From Wickerhamiella versatilis (Eukaryota), in contig JAQOWU010000007.1 of NCBI GenBank assembly GCA_030867685.1, positions 2,480,001 through 2,544,000 on the forward strand: a stretch of 64,000 nucleotides of DNA, written 5' to 3'. Positions 45,527-56,006 of the stretch are shown here, piece after piece. The first letter of the stretch is position 1; every line of letters starts with the position of its first letter. A program made the position numbers and the translations under genes. The notes below the pieces were generated by a model, which made no database searches, was not told the origin of the DNA, and saw nothing but the letters and a program-made list of their open reading frames with translations.

Positions 45527-46952
45527 GAATGAAAACCGGTGGCTATCTTGCATTGCCCCCGCCCAGAATAAGCGCCATATTAAGTAAACAATTTAAGTCG
45601 GTGTGTGCCGCTTATTAATACCTCAATGATCCCCAAAATTGGTTGGACCCTCCAGTTAGCTCTTGTAATGTTGCTGTGTTGCTCAGGGGCATCCACTTCA
45701 CTACCTGAGACTAGTTGGACAATGCAAGATTGTTTAGTCTACAGTTCTAGAATTGGGTGTTAAACCTCTATCAGTAGGTATGTGATCATGTTTTTCAACT
45801 ATATCGTGTAAACTCGTAATATTTCCCCCAAAACAGACCGTCCCTTGTCTGTGAAGCACGAACTATCATTGATGGGAGGTATTTCATTTTCCGGTACAGA
45901 AATAACAGAACATAAAATCTCGTGGGCTTCTCAGCTCGTAAACCGTCCAGCAAGCTCCAATGAACGAGATTCAGGGGACTCGATGTATATCTCAAAGTAT
46001 GGCATTATTCCTGATCCACCAACTATTCCAGTAGACCGGTTAAGAATCCCTATTTTGAGACCAGACAAAATCCTGACATTTACAAATGATACAGAACATT
46101 GGCGAGCTGTAGAACTTCGCTGAGAGAGGTCTGACCATATAGATTCGATCTTCTTAAGGAAGTCATCTGTTCGTACGTCGACATCAATTCATATGGTTGG
46201 TTATAGATGCCATATAGTTGAAACTGTCTTTAAAAGATGCTATACTGATGTGACCAATGGCGGCGACCCCTATTTGGTACTTGTTCCAAGAGTACTTGAT
46301 TATACACATCCCTCAGGAGTGGTATATATAGATAAATCCCGCGAACTCCACAAACTACCTCTACTATATCTATGGCAAAAACAATGCCCCTTCTCATAGT
46401 CAACCTGACGTGTTAAGCTCAGGTAGTGCTTGACGTTTTCCTTACGTCGATCTAAGTGGCCACGAAGGTATTCTCACGCATTCGTCGCTTGGGGGACTGG
46501 CAACGAATATGAATATGGTCTTTTTCCAGCAAAGTTAAGAGGCTGCCTAAATATTTAAGTATTTTGGCTTCAGTGAGTTACCGACTGTACAAAGAATCGT
46601 ACGTACGTACATATGAATACTTACTTCTCAGCGAGTCTATGAAGCTTCGATCGTCATCTTATAGCAAGAACTGGTATATTTTAACATTTTGTTCTAACCT
46701 GAGATCTTGAGAGTATTATTAGAGGTTATAATTGATTGCCAGACTTGCGTGGCAACAGACAAATATAGCTCCGGGAATACCTAATTAATGAATAAATATG
46801 TATTATTTAGGTGGAGGAGTAGAGACCACCTCATGTCTGCCAACCTTATTGAATTTTTTTCGAATGACCCATAGCCCTACAAACACGGGGCTCTGCGACT
46901 TATGTGGCTCCCTCGCTGATTAATCTCATCATACTATTCACACTCTGCTCCG

Positions 46953-47918
46953 ATGTTCACGCCCGTGGAAGCCGTTGTTGGCGCCACACTTATACAGGTG
47001 GCTACAACTTCATATGCGTATCTTATGGGTAGAACTATAGGGTTCAGCAGCCTCCTGTACGATCTCGTTACAAAGCCTACCACTCGATCGGTATCCCTTG
47101 TTGGCGGACTTGCTGCCGCTGTAGCAGTGGTCCGACTGTGGCTACCAAGCTTCTGGCCTGTATATAGTCAAGTCGGACTACCATTCTATGGTGCAGCTGG
47201 TGCTCTCGTTGGCTGGGGAACGTGCTGGGGTTCGGGCTGTACTAGTGGCCATATGCTCGCCGGACTCTCGCGCTTGAGATGGAGAAGCTTTGTCGCCACG
47301 TGTACATTCTCGTTCACTGCTGTCATTATCTCTACTCTCCTAAACTTAGCCCCAGAATGTCCGAATGCACCATGCTATATTCCTGACTTCAGCAATGTCG
47401 GGGATAATATCTGGAAGTTGGTATCGTTGGTTGTGGGCTCCTATACTGTAAGCTATCTGGTTCTTCCTCAGTTAAAGCCCTCGGCCACTGCAAGAGTTTT
47501 GGCGGGCTTGAATTCCGGATTCTTGTTCGGTATGGGCTTGTTTCTATCCGGCATGGCTTCCCCAGCGAAACCACTCGGGTTCTTGGCCTTTTTAACACCC
47601 CGCAAATTCGATCCATCTTTAGCCGCTATCATTATTTTCGCTATCATCCCTAACATTTTTGTCTGGCGGCGTATACTTCCCCAAACACCAACGTCCCCGC
47701 AGTCTGAGCATCCTTTATTTGAAGATCGATGGAATCTTCCTTGGAGTGACGCCACTCCACCTCGCTTTATTGTGGGCAATGCTATTTTTGGGTTGGGATG
47801 GGGTCTTATGGGTGTTTGTCCTGGCCCAGGACTTCTAGGTGTCCTAACTAATGGATGGGCAGGGGCGACCTGGGTGCTAGCATTTGAGGCATCATACTTT
47901 CTAGCAAAGCAGGTATAA
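46953..47918 (+). CDS. YeeE/YedE family (thiosulfate/sulfur-compound) transporter, fused two-domain form
   Basis: GTCWGSGCTSGHMLAGLSRL, FGMGLFLSGMASPAK, FDPSL, FGLGWGLMGVCPGP. Confidence 0.9.
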   Translation: MFTPVEAVVGATLIQVATTSYAYLMGRTIGFSSLLYDLVTKPTTRSVSLVGGLAAAVAVVRLWLPSFWPVYSQVGLPFYGAAGALVGWGTCWGSGCTSGHMLAGLSRLRWRSFVATCTFSFTAVIISTLLNLAPECPNAPCYIPDFSNVGDNIWKLVSLVVGSYTVSYLVLPQLKPSATARVLAGLNSGFLFGMGLFLSGMASPAKPLGFLAFLTPRKFDPSLAAIIIFAIIPNIFVWRRILPQTPTSPQSEHPLFEDRWNLPWSDATPPRFIVGNAIFGLGWGLMGVCPGPGLLGVLTNGWAGATWVLAFEASYFLAKQV

Positions 47919-49885
47919 ATACTATACATCTATCTGGCGCAGCATATACTATCTGTAAATAAATCATGAAGATGTGAGACTCATTAAGATAATTAATTCG
48001 CACGAGTTTAGTAACTTATTAGTTTGCCGGACTCACGTATGGAATATGTCTTCATAAAGCATGACACTAAGCAGGCGCTATAAACAGCCGCCTAAACGGT
48101 TTAAATCATATCAGTATAGAGCTATTGCTGCTATAGCTCTAAAAATGTCTCATGAAAATTGATACACTCGCCCGTCCCTTCTTCATTTATGGTTTTTCAC
48201 TTTGCTGTTAGGATAATTTCCCTCTGACTCTACAAATATGGGCAAGGTACTGCAAACATTATGCCAGACCGTAGTTCAGGCACGCTTAATATTACTAATC
48301 ACTCCGATTGATGCTAACGTACGCAAATATTAGAAAAGAATAAAAAAGATCCCGACTAAGGGAAGCACTGTTTGGTGTCGGAAAGCCTACAATTCTAGGA
48401 CTAAAATATTGGTTCAGTAACGGCCCTATAAGTATGTACCTAGAATACTATAGAAAACGTTCAGGTCGGAGGCGTCTCAAGGCATAAATAAAGATAATCC
48501 TGCTTGGATATTTTCAGGATCTAAACAGGAGCCTATAGAAAAAAATGACATGATGCAATGGATATGGACCCAGCAATCGGGGTCATAGAAAATTGAAAAT
48601 TCTGAGAAATAATATGTCGAGGGAAAGAACTTCTTTCTCCTAAGCTAACCAGAATGCCTCTACTCAGAATCCATGCTGTTATCGTGCCTACTCTCCACCC
48701 AACCTCTTCGTTCAACGGAGTGCACGATGTTTGGAATAGATACTGTTGCTACGCAAATGACCGCAGTCGCATAGAACATTGATATGGGAAGCTTTTGGCG
48801 GACGGAATTCCGAATAGACATGGTTAAAGCAAGTATACTGTTACGTCATCGCCTTTAGCCACTGAGGCCGAGCTTTATAACTCAAGCGTAGGGAAAGAAT
48901 AGGAACATTGGAAAGCTAATTAATATATTTTAAGTTTTCCCTTCGATAATGTCTCACTTTTTCATTCCCCATGGTGCAATATTGGTTCAACACGTACGGA
49001 TTCACCCCATTACAGTTCAAAATATCAACTCTCAAAAATACGTACATACCTGAATGCTACAATTAATGGGAAAAAATCCGATAATAAAGGTTCGTACCCT
49101 AGAAGACGAAGCATATTCTTTACTACCTTTGACCAGACTTTTGAGACAGATATCTCGTTTGAGTAGACATTTACCTGGAGTATAAGAAGTTATTAATTCG
49201 CTGGACTCGCATACGAGTGTAGGTACCCATTAAACGCACCCCTGAGAGAGCGCTAGCGCTAAAGAAGGTAGCTGCTACATAGGGCGTTGTTTCTTGGGAG
49301 AAATACAATAAATACATTGATGAATTTAGAAATCTACTTGCAGTTCCGACGTTAAGTCGGATGATGATGGCAAGTCCAAGAGCCTTAATATTTACAGGGC
49401 GCATGAAATTTTGCAATCCATCTTTTTCTCTATTGCAATTATTGATTCTCAGTTTCATAGGTACTACTACTCTAGGCAAAAATCGATAATGATCATCTCT
49501 CCGATGTAGGGTTTGCCTTGATATTAGGGTAACTTACTTATTCTGATCCCCACATGTATGAGTAAGCCTTCATAACCATAATGCAAATAGACAGTTCACG
49601 CCAGCTTAATATGATTAAGCGATATAATCAGCAATACAAAGGCAAATGCACATGCCATACTACGCCAATGCACGCCAGCCTACAGAAGTCTTAGAAAATA
49701 ATAAGATAATGCCTATAGATTTTCAATCTCGAAATTGAAATACTATCCAAGAGCCTAATGCTTGCCAGTCTCGAGTTTACTTGTGTCCCAGGGGCAGCCA
49801 TACACTGCTGACGAATAATATCCTTGCCGCTCACTAAAAACTTTTCTTTTGACTTCATTGGAGTATTTTAAACGAATTTTGCCAC

Positions 49886-50152
49886 ATGAATATTTCGACA
49901 TTTCTGGGGGTTCTGTATTTAGCGTTTCTTCCGTGCATCCGCTGCGACACCCCTTCGGGCTATCCGCATGATGTACCAATGTGGCGCGACGGGGAACATA
50001 TGGATCATGAGCCATCCCTGATGGATGGTGATTGTATCTCAGCTTATAAGAGTAGTGGAATGGAACCATCTTCGATGCCTATGAGAGACCATCATGGACG
50101 CCATCATATGGATCACCATATGATGGATCGAGACTGGGAAGCTCAGCAATGA
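49886..50152 (+). CDS. Small secreted His/Met-rich peptide, possibly a truncated gene
   Basis: Signal peptide MNISTFLGVLYLAFLPCIRC; EHMDHE and MPMRDHHGRHHMDHHMMD. Confidence 0.5.
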   Translation: MNISTFLGVLYLAFLPCIRCDTPSGYPHDVPMWRDGEHMDHEPSLMDGDCISAYKSSGMEPSSMPMRDHHGRHHMDHHMMDRDWEAQQ

Positions 50153-50946
50153 AAACATGGAGGGTAGTATGATAGGATTACATTCTCCACTGAGACAAGT
50201 GAAAATTCTATTCCTCTCACACTCAGTACTAGTTACGCTAGCATGGGGATAGCTTTTTATGCTGGCTTTTATGGTCTCGTCCTTGATTCGAGTACGTTTG
50301 TCGAGAACGTGCTACAAATTTAGAATCTAAACTAGGCGTATCCACCCAAATATTTTTCAGCTGTTTATATTGAATACGTCTTTTCTTGCTATATCTCTCT
50401 AGACTTAACACTTAAGGCTCGGTTATCAATTAGTGGTTGTGGTTCTCCTTTGGAAGAGACAGCTTAGAATTGGTATCCAGCTTGCTTGCAATATTTAACA
50501 TACCAAACATGTTTTTAAATATGACATTATTTTTCGTTCTTTCGACAAGTATTGCACATAAGATAAGACATAAGGGGTCAGTCGAAACCCACACCAATGA
50601 TATATACCCGAGGCATATTCCATCCCACTGCCCTAGTTAGGAAGCAAGCTGTGGTTTGTACTGAGTCCCATATTGGTATAAATTTACTCATTAAGCTTTT
50701 CACGAAGGCTCAAGGGCAAAAATAGGATGGCATTTATGGTTCCCTATACCTTGGTCTTCTCATCAGGAATTTGGCTCTGCTCAGGTTAAAATAGCACCAT
50801 AATTTCATTATTTTTAAATTTGCGAGGCTTTGTGCCAGTCTAACCACATCGTGAAAATACATTAATCATTTTGCTCAAATAGAGCTAGATATAACCTCAA
50901 CCATTTGGGTCCCTAATTTATGAGCCTAGAGGATCTCTTGTATGGG

Positions 50947-52020
50947 TCAAAAATCAGGAAATAAAGGAGCATAAATATCGGGCCCTGGGTCACAACGACT
51001 GTTTTCTTTCTCAGGATAAACCCCAAATAGAGAAGGGTCACCATGACCAAAGGATAGGATAGGCTGATACGGAGCTTGAATAGAGCGACTTACCAGTTTC
51101 TCCCAGACAATGTTGCCAAACCATGGGTGAGCTTTGACATTTCTGGCCCCAGTGATCATATTTCCTAACCTCAAACTCACATCTGTCGTGATTAAATGTT
51201 GTAAAAGGTCTACAGCTAAGGGCTCCAAAAAACTCGGATACTGAATCTTGCATTGAAGAATATTCCTATATGTCCTCATAAGGTCTTCAGCAAAAAAGGG
51301 TGTATAGCCAGTCAGCATTTCGAAAATGAGCACTCCTAAAGACCACCAATCGACACTGATATTATAAGGCTTGGAGGCTATAACCTCTGGTGCAATATAC
51401 TCGGGGGTACCACAAAAGGTACACGTTTTATCATTAATCTCTTTTGAGAATCCAAAGTCTACAATCTTGATGTATCCATGCTTGTCTAACAAAATGTTTT
51501 CTGGCTTCAAATCACGGTAGATGATTCCCTTTGTGTGCAAGTACTCAATAGCCAGAACCACTTGACTGGCGTAGAATCTTGCTACTTGTGATGGAAACCG
51601 CTGAGATCTGCGCAATAATGCAAATAATTCGCCTCCCTCAACATATTCCATCACCATAAATAAATTACTGCTATCCTGGAACGTTCCCCATAATTCAACC
51701 AGAAATGGAAATTTAATGTTCTTGAGAATATGGAGTTCGTCATTGGTGTGTTGAACCTGTTTCCGTTTCACGACCTCGGCTTTTTCTAGCAATTTTATCG
51801 CGTAGAATCGCCCATCATGTACGCTTTGTACCAGGTTTACCTTTCCAAATGAGCCCGTACCGAGAGTATGTATGATTTGGAAGTCTCTGATTGTATACCT
51901 ATCCTTCAAATATTTTTTCGTATCTGGCTGGAGCGTGGGCATTTTAGGAAGCAGTATACTCCGTTGTGATACAGCATTGAAAGGCACCAGTGACCTAGCA
52001 GCCATTATCTCAGTTGACAT
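50947..52020 (-). CDS. cAMP-dependent protein kinase catalytic subunit (TPK-like)
   Basis: [71 protein letters not shown]-terminal FPDF. Confidence 0.93.
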   Translation of the reverse strand: MSTEIMAARSLVPFNAVSQRSILLPKMPTLQPDTKKYLKDRYTIRDFQIIHTLGTGSFGKVNLVQSVHDGRFYAIKLLEKAEVVKRKQVQHTNDELHILKNIKFPFLVELWGTFQDSSNLFMVMEYVEGGELFALLRRSQRFPSQVARFYASQVVLAIEYLHTKGIIYRDLKPENILLDKHGYIKIVDFGFSKEINDKTCTFCGTPEYIAPEVIASKPYNISVDWWSLGVLIFEMLTGYTPFFAEDLMRTYRNILQCKIQYPSFLEPLAVDLLQHLITTDVSLRLGNMITGARNVKAHPWFGNIVWEKLVSRSIQAPYQPILSFGHGDPSLFGVYPEKENSRCDPGPDIYAPLFPDF

Positions 52021-52784
52021 TGGTATACTTGAGAGTCCTGGTGCTGTAAAGTTTCTGAGTCATTAACGCATTGTCGGCGCTTCATATGTTATAATTCGAT
52101 TATGTCATTGCCTAAGTATATCTAGGGTTGGGTTTTGTACCGAACTTACAGGTAGTAGCAAATATCAAGAATAGCAGATATGTAATTTGTACTAGGCAAA
52201 ACAGATCTAAGAATGCCACACCAACCCCCTTCAAATTTGCATACCCATATACCCGCTGCTCGATGCAGAGGGAAATAATTCCATGGATGGTACAGATGAA
52301 ATACCAAAAGTGATGGTATTGATTCCAGACAGAATAAGGAAAGATAATTCGACATGCACTATCTTTTTTGCCATCAAGTAAAGTAGATGTGATAATATTC
52401 TGGCTATTCCAGAAATCTTCTTTTTCGTATTTTTTTTACCTACGTGTTTACTATTAGTGCTCATAATTTCAGTTTAAAAGCCCAGTATCTGTTGTAGGGT
52501 CCGACGAGCTTTTGATGGACCTTGAAAAGCTGCATGAAGTTTGACTTCCACAACTAGTCGCACTTGTTATTATTACACCAACTCCTCAAAATTGACAACC
52601 TGAGCTTGCTCCTTTGCATTTTCCCGCCAGTCTCAGGTAATGATGTAGGATATAGATTTATAAACTATCGATGACCGTTGTTGAAAATACTTTTTTTTCT
52701 TCTTCTAGGGCGCGGTAATATAATATCCAAACAAATTCTACACACATAAGAGAAAAAAAGTCGACTATTCTTAAAATGCTTCTC

Positions 52785-55700
52785 CTATATCAAATTTAGA
52801 TGTTGCAAATCGACCATATATTTGGCGATTAGTGACTGATCAATGGTGGGGATGTCTTGAGTTGGCCCGATCTCGGCCTTCTTAACCGCCTCACGGAATA
52901 TGTCGGTGTTAAAAGTGGATCCACATTTCGGTTTCTCTGGCTTTTGATAATTGTGTAACAATGGCATTAACGATGCAGCTTGCAGCTTAGCTGGAAGGCT
53001 TCTTAAGCTGGTTTCAAATTGCTGCAACCACTCTGAGTACTTTGGAATCCGCTTGATACAGTGACCTACAGATATTAACCAGTCAACGTATTCATCCATC
53101 CCAATACCATCATCGTGACAGTTCATCACGTGGTATGTATTGAAACCTTTCTTTGAGGAGCCCAATTTAGTGATTGATTTTGCGACAAAATCAACCGGAA
53201 GCCCATCATAGTGAGCACGTTGGCGCTTACCGCCAGCATCCAGCTCATAAAATGAGTATGGTGCTATCCCGGTCACGACCAGGCTCAGGAGCATCCTGGT
53301 AAACATGTCATGTTCATTGATCTGGCCTAAGTACTTTGTACCTGCTAATATCATTCCACATCGAAAGACCGAAACAGGAAGCCCACATAGATCATGAGCT
53401 TCTCTAAGCAATACTTCACCTGCCCACTTACTGGTTCCATAGCCATTTGCGTAACTGTTGTCGATCTTCCGCAACGAGCTCATCTGTCGCACATCTCTGT
53501 TCTCGACAAAATCATTAGGTGACACTCCTTGGCCTACAACAACGGTGGAAACGTAGGTGAATGGCTTGATTTTTGATGTAATAGCTAATCGGATCAGTTC
53601 TGCGGTACCAACTACATTTGGACCGAAAAGTTCATAGTATGGAAGAACGTGGTTGACGAGTGCTGCCGAATCAACAATCTGGTCGACATCATGCGAGAGT
53701 CTCTGCCACGTGGGTTCGTCCAGACCTAGGTTTTCCTCAGATTTATCGCCGGCTAGCACCTCAAGATGGTTGTCGGCCAGCCTGTTAAAGTATTGTCGTA
53801 AATCATGATTACCCTTATCAAAAGAGCGGTATAATCGAGTTCGCGCTTCAGCCACGCTTTTTGCACGGACCAAGCAGATCACTTTCCCATCTACTTTCAC
53901 CATCTCCTCTAATAATTCCAGGGCGAGCTGGGATCCAAGGAAACCAGTTGCCCCTGTTAACAGAATGACCCGGGGTGGTTCCGGATCAGTCGGTGGTAAG
54001 AAGGAAGCGTTTGCCAGTGTAGCACTATCCATAAACCTGTCTAGTGTTAATTCTGAAGCCATCACCTCTTTATCGCCAGTAACATGAATATCTTCATACG
54101 TCGGTCGTGTACTGGATCCCCCAATATGCAGTTCGATGTAGTCTGTAATTGATTGAAGATTCGTGATCGGACTGGTGACCAATGCCACAGGTACTGAAAT
54201 ATTGAATATTTGACGCAAAATATTCACAAATTGCAAGGCTATCAGTGAATCTCCACCTAGTTCATTAAAAGTCGAGTCTGGTCTGGCATTCTCTGGATTA
54301 CCTAGGAGAGCTATAGCGGTGTCGATGACTGACTGCAACACAGTTGAACCTCGTGCCTGATTCTTCAAGTAATCAACGTTAATATTCTGTAAGTCGATTA
54401 TGTTGCTACCTTGGACATCTTCTGGTTTGACGTGGAGCTCTCGAAGGACATTGCGCAAGATCTTGCCTGTTGCACCCACAGGAATCTTTTCCGCGATGAC
54501 GCCACCTCCTGAAAGGCGTTTCTGGGATGATACTCTTTTGTTGAACCACTGGATAATGGGAATGATATCAGATTTATCCCGGAGAACCAAAAATGCTCGA
54601 GGAAGTTCGGTAGTCTCTGTGGAATCTAGAACCCCGATAACAGCCGCATCAATTACATTGGGATGGGTGACAAGGATACCTTCTAGTTCTGCTGGGGCAA
54701 CCTGATGGCCTTTTGACTTGATAAGCTCTTTTATGCGACCGACAATTTTAAATTGGCCAGTCTCATCGGCCACGGCTACATCCCCAGTTTTCAGCCAGCC
54801 TTCCGAGGTTTTCGTTTCAGCGGTGGCTTTTGGGTTGTTTAGATATCCCTTCATAATTTGTGGTCCGCGTAACCAAATTTCGCCAGACGCACCCAAGGGC
54901 ACATCATCACCAGTTTCAGGGCTAATTAGGCGCGCTTGCGTGCCCGGGATTGGCCATCCCACTGTATCTATGTCATACTCATCGCGAACAGCCCCTGTAA
55001 AAGTGAAAATTGTCTCTGAAAGCCCATACACCTGAATGATTTTTACATCAGGTATTCGTTTAGTCAATATCTCTCCGCTAGACCTAGACAAGGTGCCAGC
55101 CGATGATATGACATATTTAAGTTGTTCCTTAAACTTCGGATATAGGTCAACTAAGGGATCCTTACCGAGTACAAGTAGAATAGATGGAACTGTATAAATA
55201 ATGGCAACTCCATAATTTGAGCATCCTTGCAATATCTCCCCTAAATCAAATCGGTCGAACAGGACAACAGTCTTGCCCTGTACAACTGAACCCCATTGGT
55301 ACATGTGCAGCCCATAGATATGGCTTAATGGCAAAAAGGCGCCGACGACTAGATCATCATTTTCAGTGTAAGGAGCCCCACTTCCGCTAATTTGAAATGC
55401 ATGTTGAAGCAGATTATAGTGAGTAAGCTCAACTGCCTTCGGCAGCCCTGATGTGCCTGATGAAAAACACATAAGACCAGTGGCATCAAGTCCTACAGGA
55501 ACGGGATCAATTTCTTTAGCATCATCATTATCAATCAGGTTAAGGAGCCGTGGCACCAACTCGGGGTATTGGACAACCTCTATGTTATGTTCCACAAGCT
55601 TGCAGGCTTCAATGGCGGTAAAAGCATCATCAGCCAATATAGTCTTAGGCTGTGTCATTTGTAGATGGTGGGAAATCTCTGCTGAGTTGTACTGAACATG

Positions 55701-56006
55701 CACAGGGGCTATAACGGCACCCAGCCACTTCGTCGCATGATGTATGGCTGGTATTAAGATGTTGTTCCTGGCAATAAGCATCACCACATCCCCTTTGCTA
55801 ATTCCGAATTTTTCGTGCAATACGGCAGCTATCCTTGGAATAAGGCTTTTATGCTGGCCGAATGTGATTCCTTGACCGCTTATCCCATCTATAAAGGCTA
55901 ACTTGTTATGGTTGAACACAAATGGAGCAGTTGATAGTAGTCCAACTATGGAATTCAAGCAGCTAGGGATAGGTGGAAGGGCTTGAATTGCCTCGTATAC
56001 TTTCAT
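52785..56006 (-). CDS. NRPS-like carboxylic acid reductase (A-T-R): 4-coumarate-CoA-ligase-like A domain plus actinobacterial CAR-type carrier and reductase domains
   Basis: A domain: FSSGTSGLPK, QVYGLSET, GEIWLRGPQIMKGY, WLKTGD, RIKELIKSKGHQVAPAELE, GKILR. T domain: FNELGGDSL (Ser codon 54246-54248). R domain: LLTGATGFLG, AALVNHVLPY, YANGYGTSKWAGEVLLREAHDLCGLPV, RQRAHYDGLPV. Confidence 0.95.
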   Translation of the reverse strand: MKVYEAIQALPPIPSCLNSIVGLLSTAPFVFNHNKLAFIDGISGQGITFGQHKSLIPRIAAVLHEKFGISKGDVVMLIARNNILIPAIHHATKWLGAVIAPVHVQYNSAEISHHLQMTQPKTILADDAFTAIEACKLVEHNIEVVQYPELVPRLLNLIDNDDAKEIDPVPVGLDATGLMCFSSGTSGLPKAVELTHYNLLQHAFQISGSGAPYTENDDLVVGAFLPLSHIYGLHMYQWGSVVQGKTVVLFDRFDLGEILQGCSNYGVAIIYTVPSILLVLGKDPLVDLYPKFKEQLKYVISSAGTLSRSSGEILTKRIPDVKIIQVYGLSETIFTFTGAVRDEYDIDTVGWPIPGTQARLISPETGDDVPLGASGEIWLRGPQIMKGYLNNPKATAETKTSEGWLKTGDVAVADETGQFKIVGRIKELIKSKGHQVAPAELEGILVTHPNVIDAAVIGVLDSTETTELPRAFLVLRDKSDIIPIIQWFNKRVSSQKRLSGGGVIAEKIPVGATGKILRNVLRELHVKPEDVQGSNIIDLQNINVDYLKNQARGSTVLQSVIDTAIALLGNPENARPDSTFNELGGDSLIALQFVNILRQIFNISVPVALVTSPITNLQSITDYIELHIGGSSTRPTYEDIHVTGDKEVMASELTLDRFMDSATLANASFLPPTDPEPPRVILLTGATGFLGSQLALELLEEMVKVDGKVICLVRAKSVAEARTRLYRSFDKGNHDLRQYFNRLADNHLEVLAGDKSEENLGLDEPTWQRLSHDVDQIVDSAALVNHVLPYYELFGPNVVGTAELIRLAITSKIKPFTYVSTVVVGQGVSPNDFVENRDVRQMSSLRKIDNSYANGYGTSKWAGEVLLREAHDLCGLPVSVFRCGMILAGTKYLGQINEHDMFTRMLLSLVVTGIAPYSFYELDAGGKRQRAHYDGLPVDFVAKSITKLGSSKKGFNTYHVMNCHDDGIGMDEYVDWLISVGHCIKRIPKYSEWLQQFETSLRSLPAKLQAASLMPLLHNYQKPEKPKCGSTFNTDIFREAVKKAEIGPTQDIPTIDQSLIAKYMVDLQHLNLI

